Positions 45,018 through 55,374 of a stretch of 64,000 nt of DNA are shown here, piece after piece. Each line of letters starts with the position of its first letter. Position 1 is the stretch's first letter. The notes under the pieces are model-generated. The model was given only the letters and a program-made list of their open reading frames with translations, did no database searches and had not been told where the DNA came from. Source of the stretch: Candidatus Amesbacteria bacterium RIFCSPLOWO2_01_FULL_48_25 (GTDB lineage Bacteria; Patescibacteriota; Microgenomatia; CAZETR01; Amesbacteraceae); the NCBI GenBank assembly GCA_001773695.1, contig MEXN01000007.1, positions 47,388 to 111,387 of the forward strand, given 5' to 3'. Made by a program: the position numbers and the translations under genes.

Positions 45018-45395
45018 ATGACAAATCAAAAATCAAAAATCAAAAATCAAAAGACAGTGGTGGCGAGGGCGAGTTTTGTGAGAAATGCGCCTCGGAAATT
45101 GAGGTTGGTAGCTGATGCGGTGCGAGGACTGTCGCCGCTGTCTGCAATAGAAGCTCTAAAACACTTACCACAACGGGGGGCGAGGCCTGTGAGGCTGGTG
45201 CTGGAGCAGGCGATGGGTAATGCCAAAAACAACGCTGGGTTTTCCCCGGATCGACTGCTTATTGATACTATCCAGGTTATGGGGGGGCCAAGGGTCGCAA
45301 AAAAAAGCGATGTTCATGCTCGAGGGGCGAGATTTGGCAGGGGGACAAGAGTAAAAAGGTTATCTCATGTTTTAGTTCGATTAAAGGAGGTATAA
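45018..45395 (+). CDS. rplV: 50S ribosomal protein L22 (N-terminal extension encoded by a heptamer repeat)
   Basis: NAPRKLRLVADAVRG... is L22. The N-terminal sequence TNQKSKIKNQK is encoded by four AAATCAA repeats. Confidence 0.93.
   Translation: MTNQKSKIKNQKTVVARASFVRNAPRKLRLVADAVRGLSPLSAIEALKHLPQRGARPVRLVLEQAMGNAKNNAGFSPDRLLIDTIQVMGGPRVAKKSDVHARGARFGRGTRVKRLSHVLVRLKEV
45023..45052 (+). repeat. Perfect tandem heptanucleotide repeat (AAATCAA)x4 inside the rplV start region
   Basis: Read directly: acaaatcaaaaatcaaaaatcaaaaatcaaaag. Confidence 0.95.
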
Positions 45396-45397
45396 AA

Positions 45398-46063
45398 ATG
45401 GGACAAAAAGTAAACCCTATTAGCTTTCGAATTCCCCTGGCACCATCGACTGCTTGGGTTTCCCGCTGGTTTACCACTAATCATAAACGCTATGCGGACT
45501 ATTTGGCTACGGATGTAAAGTTGCGTCTGGCGGTAATGGAAAAGCTAGTCTCTGCCGGGGTAACCAGAGTGGAGATTGAACGGTCACTAAAAAGCATGAG
45601 GATTGTGGTGTATGTGACGCGGCCGGGGATTGTTATCGGACGGGGAGGATCGGGCTTAGAGGAGCTAAAAAAGTTTATTTATGCGCACTTGGGCCACACA
45701 GCTTCTGGAAAGACCGCGCCCAAAATAGACCTGCAGGTAGAAGAGGTGAAAAACCCCGATTTATCAGCCTGGTTGGTAGCCACTAGAATTGCTGAACAGC
45801 TAGTAAAAAGGATGCCGCCAAGAAGAGTCGTTAACAGGGCGATGGAGAGAACTATCCAATCGGGAGCCCGGGGAGTGAAGGTGTTACTGTCTGGGCGGAT
45901 AAACGGAGCGGAAATTGCGCGGCGTGAGCCTTATAAATCCGGATCCGTACCATTGCAGACCTTGAGGGCAAATATTGATTACGCCCAAGTACCGGCTTTA
46001 ACCAGGTCGGGGTACGTGGGGGTTAAAGTGTGGATATGTAAGGGGGAAAATGTTACAACCTAA
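45398..46063 (+). CDS. rpsC: 30S ribosomal protein S3
   Basis: KH domain plus S3 C-terminal domain. 221 aa. Confidence 0.95.
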   Translation: MGQKVNPISFRIPLAPSTAWVSRWFTTNHKRYADYLATDVKLRLAVMEKLVSAGVTRVEIERSLKSMRIVVYVTRPGIVIGRGGSGLEELKKFIYAHLGHTASGKTAPKIDLQVEEVKNPDLSAWLVATRIAEQLVKRMPPRRVVNRAMERTIQSGARGVKVLLSGRINGAEIARREPYKSGSVPLQTLRANIDYAQVPALTRSGYVGVKVWICKGENVTT

Positions 46064-46457
46064 AAAACAAAAATACCGGAAACAATTTAGAGGACAGATG
46101 CCGGGCCTGGCTTGGAGGGGGTCGGAGGTGGCGTTTGGAGAGTTTGGGCTGCAATCGATGCAGCGGGGTTGGTTGTCTGCCCGACAAATAGAAGCGGCCA
46201 GAAAGGCCATTACTCACCATGTGCAAAGAGGAGGTAAGGTGTGGATCAAGGTATTTCCGGATAAACCTGTGACCAAAAAGGCCCTGGGAACGAGGATGGG
46301 TTCGGGGAAGGGAGATATTCACGAATATGTGGCTGTAATCCGCCCGGGGAGAATTATTTTTGAGATTGCCGGAGTCCCGGAAGATATTGCCAAAACCGCT
46401 TTTTTACGAGCGGCGGCTAAATTACCGTTTGATGTGAAGATTATTTCGAAAAGATAA
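46050..46457 (+). CDS. rplP: 50S ribosomal protein L16
   Basis: MLQPKKQKYRKQFRG... is L16. Confidence 0.95.
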   Translation: MLQPKKQKYRKQFRGQMPGLAWRGSEVAFGEFGLQSMQRGWLSARQIEAARKAITHHVQRGGKVWIKVFPDKPVTKKALGTRMGSGKGDIHEYVAVIRPGRIIFEIAGVPEDIAKTAFLRAAAKLPFDVKIISKR

Positions 46458-46461
46458 AACC

Positions 46462-46668
46462 ATGGCCAAGAAAAAACAAGAAGTGATAAAGATTACCGAT
46501 ATGACGGGCACGGAGTTGGCCGCCCGGGCAAAAGAGCTAAGACGAGAAGTGGCCAAAACTAGAATGGAAATCGCTGCTAAAAAGCAAAGGAATACCAGGA
46601 AAGCATTTAACTTGCGGCGTGAATTGGCCCGGACACTGACAGTGTTAAATATCAAGTTAATGCGATAA
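46462..46668 (+). CDS. rpmC: 50S ribosomal protein L29
   Basis: 68 aa with a coiled-coil L29-like sequence, located between rplP and rpsQ. Confidence 0.88.
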   Translation: MAKKKQEVIKITDMTGTELAARAKELRREVAKTRMEIAAKKQRNTRKAFNLRRELARTLTVLNIKLMR

Positions 46669-46682
46669 AATAGCCAATACTT

Positions 46683-46922
46683 ATGAAAACTTTAAGCGGA
46701 TTAGTTGTTTCAGACAAAATGCAAAATACCGTAGTGGTGGCTGTCGCTAAGTGGATGAAACACCCCAAATACGACAAACGGACAAAGAAAACCAGGAAGT
46801 ACCACGCCCGGAATGAGACCGGAGCCAAAGTGGGGGACACTGTCACTATAGTTGAGGTGAAACCTGTGGCTAAGACAGTATTTTTTAAAGTGGTGGGAGT
46901 AGAAAGCGGGGGTAAGAAATAA
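46683..46922 (+). CDS. rpsQ: 30S ribosomal protein S17
   Basis: [18 protein letters not shown]... is S17. Confidence 0.92.
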   Translation: MKTLSGLVVSDKMQNTVVVAVAKWMKHPKYDKRTKKTRKYHARNETGAKVGDTVTIVEVKPVAKTVFFKVVGVESGGKK

Positions 46923-46923
46923 T

Positions 46924-47295
46924 ATGTTACAACTGCGAAGTATCTTAAAACTCGCCGACAACTGTGGCGCTCGAAAATTGCGCCTGATTCACATCGTGGG
47001 TGGATCGAAGCGCAAATGGGCATACTTGGGAGACACCGTCACGGCGGTTGTGGATCGAGCCGACCCCATGGGAGTAGTAAAAGACTCGGAAATAGTGAAG
47101 GCGGTAATAGTGCGCACCCGAAGGGGAGGAAGGCGTCGGGACGGAAGTTTTATAAGATTTGATGACAACGCGGCTGTTGTTATCGACCCCAAAACGGGGG
47201 AGCCCAGGGGGACGCGAATTTTCGGGCCGGTGGCTCGGGAAGTGAAAGACAGAGGATTTAATAAAATTGCCTCATTGGCAGCAGAGGTACTATGA
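46924..47295 (+). CDS. rplN: 50S ribosomal protein L14
   Basis: [17 protein letters not shown]... is L14. Confidence 0.95.
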   Translation: MLQLRSILKLADNCGARKLRLIHIVGGSKRKWAYLGDTVTAVVDRADPMGVVKDSEIVKAVIVRTRRGGRRRDGSFIRFDDNAAVVIDPKTGEPRGTRIFGPVAREVKDRGFNKIASLAAEVL

Positions 47296-47612
47296 AAAAG
47301 CCGAAACTAAAAATAAAGAAGGGGGATCTGGTTGTGGTTGGAGTGGGGAAGGATCGGGGTAAGCAAGGGAAAGTTGAGAAGGTCTTTCCAAAAGACGGCA
47401 TGCTACTGGTGACAGGAGTTAACCAGTACAAGAAGCACCGCAAGTCACAAGGAGAAGGGCGGCCGGGGGAAATTGCCACGTTGACCAGGCCTATCCTTAC
47501 ATCTAGGGTTGCGTTGATTTGTCCGAAGTGTAAACAACCTACTCGAGTGGGATATAGATATCAGGACGCCAAAAAAATTAGGGTATGTAGGAAGTGCGGA
47601 GGGGATATATGA
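47292..47612 (+). CDS. rplX: 50S ribosomal protein L24
   Basis: [22 protein letters not shown]... is a KOW-type L24. Confidence 0.9.
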   Translation: MKKPKLKIKKGDLVVVGVGKDRGKQGKVEKVFPKDGMLLVTGVNQYKKHRKSQGEGRPGEIATLTRPILTSRVALICPKCKQPTRVGYRYQDAKKIRVCRKCGGDI

Positions 47613-48142
47613 ATTTAACCCAGCAATTAATGGGTGAGTTTGGGATAAAAAACCAAATGGCGGTACCCAAAATAACCCGGATAGTTGTGAATATCGGGCT
47701 TAAAGAGGCGGCAAATGATAAGGGGGTCTTGGATAAGGCTTCTGAACAGCTGGGTGTAATTACCGGCCAAAAACCCAAGGTTACCCGAGCCAGAATGTCG
47801 ATTGCTAATTTTAAGCTGCGCCAGGGGGCACCGGTGGGCTTGACCGTGACACTAAGAAATCGGCGGATGAATGACTTTATAACCAGATTGTTTAGAGTCG
47901 CGTTACCCCGAGTGAGAGATTTTCATGGGGTGTCAACAACGGCATTTGATAAAACGGGAAATTATACTTTGGGACTTTCCGAACAGATCGTTTTCCCTGA
48001 GATAGATTATTCAAAAATTGATAAAGTGAGGGGCTTAGAAATTACGTTCGTAATTAAAAACGGCAATGGTACAATCTCGAGGCGGATGCTGGAGTTAATG
48101 GGGATGCCATTTAAGAAAGAGCAGGAGAGCAGGAGAGTATAA
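47609..48142 (+). CDS. rplE: 50S ribosomal protein L5
   Basis: L5 family. ATG at 47609 overlaps the rplX stop (ATGA). The track ORF begins at an upstream GTG. Confidence 0.92.
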   Translation: MNLTQQLMGEFGIKNQMAVPKITRIVVNIGLKEAANDKGVLDKASEQLGVITGQKPKVTRARMSIANFKLRQGAPVGLTVTLRNRRMNDFITRLFRVALPRVRDFHGVSTTAFDKTGNYTLGLSEQIVFPEIDYSKIDKVRGLEITFVIKNGNGTISRRMLELMGMPFKKEQESRRV

Positions 48143-48144
48143 GT

Positions 48145-48333
48145 ATGGCAAAAACATCAAAGATTGTTAAACAAGAAAAGGGCAGACTCAAATATCCGAC
48201 TCAATACCGGAACCGGTGTCGGATATGCGGTCGGCCGCGGGGGTTTATGCGGATGTTTGGAGTATGCAGGTTGTGCTTTCGAGAATTAGCTAGTCGGGGA
48301 GAGTTACCCGGAGTAAGGAAGGCATCATGGTAA
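48145..48333 (+). CDS. rpsN: 30S ribosomal protein S14, Zn-ribbon (type Z)
   Basis: 61 aa. [25 protein letters not shown]. Confidence 0.9.
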   Translation: MAKTSKIVKQEKGRLKYPTQYRNRCRICGRPRGFMRMFGVCRLCFRELASRGELPGVRKASW

Positions 48334-48707
48334 ACGACCATTTATCAGATTTGGTGACTAGGGTGCGCAACGGTTATCTGGCCGGGAAACTAGTAGTGGA
48401 GGCGCCACTGACCAAGACTTCGAAAGCGGTATTGGAGGTCTTGGTCAGTGAAGGGTTTTTGGAAAAAGTTGAGGTACAAGATGGGTCACTAATAATTACT
48501 TTGAAATATAAGAAGAAGACCCCGGTGGTGACCGGGATCAGACGGGTAAGCAAACCGGGGAAGCGGGTGTACGGAGGATTTCGGGAGTTGCCGCGGGTGC
48601 TGGGGGGCTTAGGTATAAATATACTGTCAACTCCTGCCGGAATAATATCGGAAAAGAAAGCCAGAAAGTTAAATGTGGGCGGGGAAATTATCGCCCAGGT
48701 ATGGTAG
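48327..48707 (+). CDS. rpsH: 30S ribosomal protein S8
   Basis: [17 protein letters not shown]... is S8. Confidence 0.93.
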   Translation: MVNDHLSDLVTRVRNGYLAGKLVVEAPLTKTSKAVLEVLVSEGFLEKVEVQDGSLIITLKYKKKTPVVTGIRRVSKPGKRVYGGFRELPRVLGGLGINILSTPAGIISEKKARKLNVGGEIIAQVW

Positions 48708-48719
48708 AGGTTAAAAATT

Positions 48720-49265
48720 ATGTCCAAAATTGCTAAAAAAGTAATTCCAGTGCCATCGGGGGTGGCGGTGTCTGTTTCCGACAGGACCGTCAGGGTGGTC
48801 GGACCTAAGGGGGAGTTGACAATGGGACTGCCGGCACAAGTCGAGGTGTTAGTAGAGGGAAATATCATTAATACAACCTATGACGAGGGTGCTAGTCATT
48901 TGGCAGGCCTGACCAGGTCTACGATTGCCAACATGACTTATGGAGTAACGACTGGCTGGAGTAAGGTTTTGGAGCTATCCGGGACCGGGTATAGGGCGGC
49001 GGCTACAAATGAGCAGTTGACATTGAATTTGGGTTTTTCCCATCCGGTAATAATGGTTGCCCCCGGAGGAATCGCTTTTGAAGTTAAAGAAAACAAGATT
49101 ACGGTTTTGGGGGCAGACAAAATCCTGGTAGGAGGGGTGGCGGCCAAAATCAGAAATCTGCGCCCGGCCGACCCATATAAGGCCAAGGGGTTAAAATATG
49201 AGGGTGAAGTTATTGTACGCAAGGCTGGCAAAGCCGCCAAAGCAGCGGCCGGGGCTACCAAATAA
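48720..49265 (+). CDS. rplF: 50S ribosomal protein L6
   Basis: Two-domain L6 fold sequence. 181 aa. Confidence 0.93.
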   Translation: MSKIAKKVIPVPSGVAVSVSDRTVRVVGPKGELTMGLPAQVEVLVEGNIINTTYDEGASHLAGLTRSTIANMTYGVTTGWSKVLELSGTGYRAAATNEQLTLNLGFSHPVIMVAPGGIAFEVKENKITVLGADKILVGGVAAKIRNLRPADPYKAKGLKYEGEVIVRKAGKAAKAAAGATK

Positions 49266-49271
49266 TCCAAA

Positions 49272-49586
49272 ATGATCAAACGCTATAAAAATAAATCCCA
49301 GAGAAGAGCAGTAAGAACCAGGTTTAAAGTCCGGGGAACGGGGAAGTATCGGCTCACGGTGTTTAGGTCCAATAAGTATATCTATGCCCAAGTGGTAGAC
49401 TTAGCACGAGGAGATACTCTGGTCGGAGTGAGTGGAAAAAGTCCTTCTGAAGTGGGAGAAAAAATTGCCAAAAAAGCTCTGAAATCGGGAATTGGCTCAA
49501 TCGCTTTCGACCGGGGCAGTTATCGTTATCACGGCCAGGTAAAACAGCTGGCTGAAGCTGCAAGGGTGGCCGGATTAAAATTTTAA
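49272..49586 (+). CDS. rplR: 50S ribosomal protein L18
   Basis: RLTVFRSNKYIYAQVVD... is L18. Confidence 0.9.
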   Translation: MIKRYKNKSQRRAVRTRFKVRGTGKYRLTVFRSNKYIYAQVVDLARGDTLVGVSGKSPSEVGEKIAKKALKSGIGSIAFDRGSYRYHGQVKQLAEAARVAGLKF

Positions 49587-49592
49587 TTTGAT

Positions 49593-50075
49593 ATGAGACC
49601 CAGCTTTCATCAATCCAGAAACCGTCTACCACAAGAACCGCGCGAGTTCGAGGAGAAAGTGGTGCAGGTTAACCGGGTAAGTAAAAAGACTAAAGGTGGA
49701 AATAGAATCGGATTTTCGGCGCTGGTCGTGGTGGGAAATAAAAAGGGGAAAGTGGGGGTGGGTCTTGGAAAAGCGGCCGATGTAGCTACCGCGGTACGTA
49801 AAGCCAACACTTACGCTGGACGCCACTTGATTGACGTGCCGATGAAAGGGACGACAATCCCTCACGAAGTCCACATAAAATTGGGTGCGGCAAGATTACT
49901 GATAAAACCTGCTCCCGAAGGAAGCGGAGTTATTGCGGGAGGAGCCGTACGAGCTGTGGCAGAAGCGGTGGGGATTAAAGATATAGTGGGCAAAATTTTG
50001 GGGACCAATAACAAGGCCAGCAACGTGTATGCGACGTTTGAAGCCTTTAAGAGGCTGAGATTAATAGAAAAATGA
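49593..50075 (+). CDS. rpsE: 30S ribosomal protein S5
   Basis: VVQVNRVSKKTKGGNRIGFSALVVVGN... is S5. Confidence 0.93.
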   Translation: MRPSFHQSRNRLPQEPREFEEKVVQVNRVSKKTKGGNRIGFSALVVVGNKKGKVGVGLGKAADVATAVRKANTYAGRHLIDVPMKGTTIPHEVHIKLGAARLLIKPAPEGSGVIAGGAVRAVAEAVGIKDIVGKILGTNNKASNVYATFEAFKRLRLIEK

Positions 50076-50509
50076 ACCTATCAGATTTACCAAAAATAGT
50101 CGCTAGATCCAAAAAAAGGGTGGGGAGGGGTATTGGATCCGGGAAAGGAGGACATACTGCCGGACGAGGAACAAAGGGACAGAAAGCCAGAGAAAAGATT
50201 GGTTTGACATTTGAAGGAACCAAGGTCAAGAAGTCGTTCGTTAAAAAAACTCCACTTTTACGCGGGAAGGGGAAATTCAGACCCGCTTTGGGGGGTCCAG
50301 TGATCATTAAATTGAAGGACTTGGCCGATTGGCCGGTAAAGACTGAGGTGACTGTGGAAAATCTAATTAAAAGGGGCCTGGTAAAATACGGGCCGGTCAA
50401 AATTTTAGGCGACGGGGAAATTAAAACAGCATTGGTTGTGAAAGTGGCGACTTCTAAACAAGCGGCAGAGAAGATAACTAAGGCAGGTGGTAAGATGGTT
50501 GAGCCATGA
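50072..50509 (+). CDS. rplO: 50S ribosomal protein L15. Follows rpsE directly, with no rpmD (L30) between.
   Basis: [25 protein letters not shown]... is L15. 4-nt overlap with rpsE. Confidence 0.9.
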   Translation: MNLSDLPKIVARSKKRVGRGIGSGKGGHTAGRGTKGQKAREKIGLTFEGTKVKKSFVKKTPLLRGKGKFRPALGGPVIIKLKDLADWPVKTEVTVENLIKRGLVKYGPVKILGDGEIKTALVVKVATSKQAAEKITKAGGKMVEP

Positions 50510-51795
50510 ACAAGGTTTTTTCTTTTTGGCGACAGGTGTGGTCTTCTCCTGATTTGCGAAAAAAAATCCTATTTACTGGAGGCATTTTACTGGTATATCG
50601 ATTGTTGGCTCACATTCCGGTGTCGGGGATCGACAGGACTGCTTTAAGACAACTATTTAGCGGTAACCAGCTGTTGGGTCTACTGGACATCTTCTCGGGC
50701 GGAACTCTGGCCAATTTTAGCGTAGCGGCACTGGGGTTGGGCCCGTATATCAACGCGTCGATTATTATCCAATTGTTATCAGTCGTTTACCCTAAACTGG
50801 AAGAATTGCAGAAAGAGGGGGAGTATGGCCGAGAACTGGTAAACCAATACACCAGGCTTTTGACTGTGCCGATTGCCATTTTACAGGGGGTGGGGATGTT
50901 CTTTTTGCTTCGCAACCAAAAAGTCATCGGAAGTGTTTCTCCGTTGGAGATGGTGGGGCTTTTGATTACCATTGCCGCGGGAACAATGTTGACCGTTTGG
51001 CTGGGAGAACTGATAACCGAGTATGGAGTGGGAAATGGAATTTCCCTTCTGATTTTTGCCGGAATTGCCGGCCGATTGCCGGTGATATTGACCCAGACGG
51101 CGGTAACATTGGAGACTATCAACGTGGCCAATTTGCTGGTGTTTGGGGCCCTGAGCCTGGCTGTTGTCGCGGCAGTAGTATTTATGAATGAAGCCTCGCG
51201 AAATGTGACGGTCCAGTATGCAAAGCGAATCCGGTCGGGCAAGGAGTACGGTGGGCAGACTACCCATCTCCCCCTACGGGTAAACCAGGCGGGGGTTATC
51301 CCGATAATTTTTGCCGTATCTTTAGTGTTATTGCCATCGATGGTGGGAGGTTTTTTGGAGCAAGTACCAAATCCGGCCATATCCGGAGCAGCCAGGTCCG
51401 TGGTGCAAATTATGAATCCCGCGGGGTGGGCGTACAGTATCGTGTATTTTGCCCTAGTAATCGGCTTTACTTATTTTTATACGGCGGTGGTGTTTAACCC
51501 GGAGAAAATTTCCGAGGACCTGAAAAAATACGGCGGATTTGTTCCGGGGATCAGGCCGGGGGTAGCGACTACGGCGTATTTGAACGGGATTTTGAACCGG
51601 ATCACTCTCGCTGGGGCGGTATTTTTGGGCCTGATTGCCGTGCTGCCAAATATTATGCAGGCGATATTTAAAATTCCGACATTGTCAATCGGCGGGACGG
51701 GGATTCTGATCGTAGTATCGGTGGTACTTGAAACCACCAAGTCGCTACAATCGCAGCTGTTGGTGCGTAGTTATGATAGCCTGGGAAAACTATAG
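50506..51795 (+). CDS. secY: Protein translocase subunit SecY
   Basis: 429 aa with 10 predicted TM helices and a SecY family sequence. Confidence 0.95.
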   Translation: MNKVFSFWRQVWSSPDLRKKILFTGGILLVYRLLAHIPVSGIDRTALRQLFSGNQLLGLLDIFSGGTLANFSVAALGLGPYINASIIIQLLSVVYPKLEELQKEGEYGRELVNQYTRLLTVPIAILQGVGMFFLLRNQKVIGSVSPLEMVGLLITIAAGTMLTVWLGELITEYGVGNGISLLIFAGIAGRLPVILTQTAVTLETINVANLLVFGALSLAVVAAVVFMNEASRNVTVQYAKRIRSGKEYGGQTTHLPLRVNQAGVIPIIFAVSLVLLPSMVGGFLEQVPNPAISGAARSVVQIMNPAGWAYSIVYFALVIGFTYFYTAVVFNPEKISEDLKKYGGFVPGIRPGVATTAYLNGILNRITLAGAVFLGLIAVLPNIMQAIFKIPTLSIGGTGILIVVSVVLETTKSLQSQLLVRSYDSLGKL

Positions 51796-51798
51796 ATT

Positions 51799-52476
51799 AT
51801 GAACCTGGTTTTGCTGGGACCACAGGGGAGCGGAAAAGGGACGCAAGCTGAGTTACTGTCTCACAATTTGGGCTTGGCATATTTGGAGATGGGCCGGGTA
51901 CTGCGAAGTGTAGCAAATTCGGACAATAAATATGCCGAGGTCGTGAAGAATACTTTGGACCGGGGTGAGTTGGTCCCCGATGAATATGTGAGGTTGATTG
52001 CCTGGGATTTTATTAACAAACACCAAGGTGGGGTGACGGGGTTTATTTTTGACGGATATCCCAGATCGCTGGCCCAATACGAGCACCTGGAAGACATGCT
52101 GCGCAAATTTGGAAAAAAAATAGACAGAGTCATCTTTTTGAAACTGTCGGAGGAGGAGACGATACGCCGCTTGTCTGCCAGAAGAATTTGTGAGAAGTGC
52201 GGGGAAATTTATAACTTGTTGACAAACCCCCCTCTAAATATGGATGTTTGCGATAAATGTGGTGGCAATCTAGTTTTTCGGGAGGATGATAAACCGGACT
52301 CAATAAAGAGACGGTTGCAGATATTTGGGGAGAGGACCAAGCCGGTTTGGGAAAAAGCCAAGAGTGAGGGCGTGGCTCTGGAAATAAATGGCGAGCAGCC
52401 TATAAAAGCCGTTCACGAAGAGATTGTGAACAAATTAACCCTTCGGCTGCGCTCGGGGCAAGCCCCCGATAACTAA
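51799..52476 (+). CDS. adk: Adenylate kinase (with Zn-binding lid CxxC...CxxC)
   Basis: GPQGSGKGTQA P-loop. CEKCGEIY...CDKCGGNL lid. Confidence 0.93.
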   Translation: MNLVLLGPQGSGKGTQAELLSHNLGLAYLEMGRVLRSVANSDNKYAEVVKNTLDRGELVPDEYVRLIAWDFINKHQGGVTGFIFDGYPRSLAQYEHLEDMLRKFGKKIDRVIFLKLSEEETIRRLSARRICEKCGEIYNLLTNPPLNMDVCDKCGGNLVFREDDKPDSIKRRLQIFGERTKPVWEKAKSEGVALEINGEQPIKAVHEEIVNKLTLRLRSGQAPDN

Positions 52477-53244
52477 ATGGATAGATTCACGATAAAAATG
52501 GCTGAGGAAGTTAAAATTATGGCCCAGGGGGGGAAAATTCTGGCGGGGATTAGAGATAGGATCGCGGGGGCGGCAAAGCCGGGAATGACGACGGTCCAAC
52601 TGGATAAACTGGCAGAAGATTCAATCGTGAAAGCCGGGGGTAAGGCTTCTTTTAAAATGGTGCCAGGGTATCACCACGCGACCTGTATCAATGTTAATGA
52701 TGTGGTAGTACATGGAGTGCCGGGATCTTACAAGATTAAAGTCGGGGACAAAGTGGGAATTGACGTAGGACTTTTTTATAGGGGGTTTCACACAGATACG
52801 AGTACCACCGTCGTGGCGACAAATGAAGCTACAAATCCCAATACTATAAAATTTCTGGAGGTGGGAAAAAAGGCGCTATTGGAAGCGATACTCCAGGCTA
52901 GGCCGGGGAAAAGAATTGCCGATATATCAAGAGCCATGCAGGAGACGGTGGAGGGAGCGGGGTATTCGGCGGTACGGGCTCTGACCGGGCATGGAATAGG
53001 CCGGCACTTACACGAAGAACCGGCGATCCCCTGCTTTGTAATGGGCAAATATAACCACTCGCCCAAGATTGTGCCGGGAATGGTGCTGGCTATCGAAGTG
53101 ATGTATAACGAGGGCACGTTCGAGGTGGTATACAAAAATGGGGACGGTTGGACAATAGGCACGGCTGATGGTAAAATGTCTGGGCTATTTGAGGAGACTG
53201 TGGCCGTTACCCGAGCGGGGCCGGTAATCTTAACTCGCACTTGA
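52477..53244 (+). CDS. map: Methionine aminopeptidase type I
   Basis: Pita-bread fold with metal ligands (D, D, H, E, E). 255 aa. Confidence 0.92.
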   Translation: MDRFTIKMAEEVKIMAQGGKILAGIRDRIAGAAKPGMTTVQLDKLAEDSIVKAGGKASFKMVPGYHHATCINVNDVVVHGVPGSYKIKVGDKVGIDVGLFYRGFHTDTSTTVVATNEATNPNTIKFLEVGKKALLEAILQARPGKRIADISRAMQETVEGAGYSAVRALTGHGIGRHLHEEPAIPCFVMGKYNHSPKIVPGMVLAIEVMYNEGTFEVVYKNGDGWTIGTADGKMSGLFEETVAVTRAGPVILTRT

Positions 53245-53462
53245 TGAATAATTCCCAAGTCACATTTGTCGAGGGAGTAGTGGCCGAAAATTTGCCAAAC
53301 GCCCTATTCAGGATAAAAACTGATGATGAACGAATGATATTGTGCCGTTTGTCGGGGAAGATGAGGACAAATTACATCAGATTGCTGCCCGGGGACAGGG
53401 TGAGGTGCGAGACACCAATACAGGACCCCAACCGGGGGAGGATAATCTTCAAATTTAGATGA
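53241..53462 (+). CDS. infA: Translation initiation factor IF-1
   Basis: S1-like OB-fold sequence VTFVEGVVAENLPNALFRIKTDDE... Confidence 0.9.
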   Translation: MMNNSQVTFVEGVVAENLPNALFRIKTDDERMILCRLSGKMRTNYIRLLPGDRVRCETPIQDPNRGRIIFKFR

Positions 53463-53474
53463 CCAATTAACTAT

Positions 53475-53588
53475 ATGAAAGTGCAAGCTTCCATCAAAAT
53501 TCGATGCCGGAATTGCCGGATAGTTCGGCGCAAGGGAAATCTGTTTGTTATTTGCACCAATCCCAAGCACAAACAAAGACAAGGATAA
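53475..53588 (+). CDS. rpmJ: 50S ribosomal protein L36 (37 aa; not in the ORF track)
   Basis: [37 protein letters not shown]. Confidence 0.85.
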   Translation: MKVQASIKIRCRNCRIVRRKGNLFVICTNPKHKQRQG

Positions 53589-53594
53589 GAGACA

Positions 53595-54020
53595 ATGCCG
53601 AGAATTGCTGGAGTAGATATCCCCGAGAAAAAAAGAGTAGACGTCGCTTTGACGTATATTTACGGCATTGGCAGGACGAATGTAAAACCGATTTTAGAGA
53701 GAGCGCAAGTGAATCCGGCCAAACGAACGGCCGAGTTGACGTCTGAAGAATTATCCCGTTTGCAAAAATTGGTGGACGCTTTGAAAGTGGAGGGAGACTT
53801 ACGAAAAGAGATAGGGCAAAATATTACTAGACTTAAAGAGACTGGGAGTTACAGAGGAATCCGGCACAGCAAGGGCTTGCCGGTCAGAGGACAGCGGACA
53901 CGGACAAATGCCCGAACCAAAAGAGGGAAGAGAGTGACTATTGGAGCTTTGAAGAAGGAGGCCTTGGGCAAGGTAGAAGCGGCCAAGGCGGAAAAAGAAA
54001 AGAAGGAGGCGGCCAAATAA
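53595..54020 (+). CDS. rpsM: 30S ribosomal protein S13
   Basis: [26 protein letters not shown]... is S13. Confidence 0.95.
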   Translation: MPRIAGVDIPEKKRVDVALTYIYGIGRTNVKPILERAQVNPAKRTAELTSEELSRLQKLVDALKVEGDLRKEIGQNITRLKETGSYRGIRHSKGLPVRGQRTRTNARTKRGKRVTIGALKKEALGKVEAAKAEKEKKEAAK

Positions 54021-54021
54021 A

Positions 54022-54363
54022 ATGAAGGGCAAAGTATTTATCACGGCAACTTTTAATAATACTTTGGTGACTATCACGGATATGTCTGGGAATACCGTAG
54101 CTTGGGGGTCGGCTGGAGCGGCGGGATTTAAGGGAGCCAGGAGAGCCACGCCGTTTGCGGCTACAACTGCCGTCGAGGTGGCGGCTAGAAAAGCCATGGG
54201 GGCCGGGATTAAAGAAGTGGAAGTATACCTAAAAGGCCCCGGGTCTGGGCGGGATGCGGCACTGCGCGCTTTAAAAGCGGTGGGGATGAAGATGAGCTTG
54301 ATTGCGGATGTGACTCCCCTGCCCCATAACGGGCCCAGGCCGGAAAAAAGAAGGAGGGTTTAG
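54022..54363 (+). CDS. rpsK: 30S ribosomal protein S11
   Basis: [18 protein letters not shown]... is S11. Confidence 0.95.
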   Translation: MKGKVFITATFNNTLVTITDMSGNTVAWGSAGAAGFKGARRATPFAATTAVEVAARKAMGAGIKEVEVYLKGPGSGRDAALRALKAVGMKMSLIADVTPLPHNGPRPEKRRRV

Positions 54364-54381
54364 TTCATTGTTACTTAGTTC

Positions 54382-55233
54382 ATGGTTCATAGCATTTTGA
54401 TTCCGGAAGAGTGGAGAGACTATGAGTTGGTGGATACAGGGGACGGAATGAAACTGGAGAGGTGGGGGCAGTATATGATGGCCAGGCCGGACCCGAGGAT
54501 TATTTGGAGTAAAGGTGATCCTGAATTGTGGAAAAAAGCAGATGCAGTATTTGAAGGCGAAAATTGGAAATTCAGAAACGAGCCGCCTCAGGATTGGGTT
54601 GTTAGTTGGGAACGTTTGCGTTTTATGCTGCGTCCGACTGACTTTAAGCATACGGGGGTTTTCCCGGAACAAGCGGTCAATTGGCAATGGCTGCAACAGA
54701 AAAAAGCTACAAGGGTTTTAAATTTGTTTGCATATACCGGGGGGGCGACGATGGCTGCGGCACTGGCTGGGGCACACGTGACCCATGTGGATAGTTCGAA
54801 ACCGGCGATGATGTGGGCGGGGGAAAACGCCAGATTGTCGAGAATTTCTAAAGATAAAATCCGGTGGATCCAAGAAGACGCTTTGAAATTTGTAAGCCGA
54901 GAAATCAGGCGAGGAGTGAAATATGACGGGATAATTATGGACCCGCCGAGATTTGGAAGAGGGCCGTCCGGAGAAGTGTGGAAATTGGAAGAAAAATTAC
55001 CAGAATTGGTTAGGGCGGCTCACGAAATACTGTCCCCTACCCCGCAATTCTTCTTAATCAACGCCTATACGGCGGATTTATCTAGCATCGCTTTGGGGAA
55101 CTTACTTTCGGATGTGATGGGGAAAGAAGTGGAGAGCGGAGAGTTGGGGTTGAAAGAAAGCTCTAAAGGGCGAGTCTTGCCCGCTGGAATTTTCGCCAGG
55201 TGGAAAAGCCTAACGCAAAAGATACCAAATTAG
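54382..55233 (+). CDS. Class I SAM-dependent methyltransferase, RlmI/PF10672-like (rRNA m5C-type MTase core without a PUA domain)
   Basis: SAM-binding motif LNLFAYTGGATMAAALAGA. Catalytic motif IIMDPPRFG. It occupies the slot where rpsD-rpoA-rplQ normally follow rpsK. Confidence 0.6.
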   Translation: MVHSILIPEEWRDYELVDTGDGMKLERWGQYMMARPDPRIIWSKGDPELWKKADAVFEGENWKFRNEPPQDWVVSWERLRFMLRPTDFKHTGVFPEQAVNWQWLQQKKATRVLNLFAYTGGATMAAALAGAHVTHVDSSKPAMMWAGENARLSRISKDKIRWIQEDALKFVSREIRRGVKYDGIIMDPPRFGRGPSGEVWKLEEKLPELVRAAHEILSPTPQFFLINAYTADLSSIALGNLLSDVMGKEVESGELGLKESSKGRVLPAGIFARWKSLTQKIPN

Positions 55234-55374
55234 CCCCAAACAGACCGTGGAAAAAACAGCCAGGGTTCCTATTCTGTCGGCTTTTCCCCAGTCAATTGGT
55301 TTCCTACCGGCAGTTCTTTTTATTATTTCTTCTTGGATGTCGGGACGGATAGGGATAATCTCTATAACTTTAGT

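Noticed and set aside
42668-45052. Possibility that the heptamer arrays are a CRISPR or other spacer-repeat array
   Set aside because: The units are 7 nt, contiguous, without spacers, and inside coding frames. This is not CRISPR architecture.
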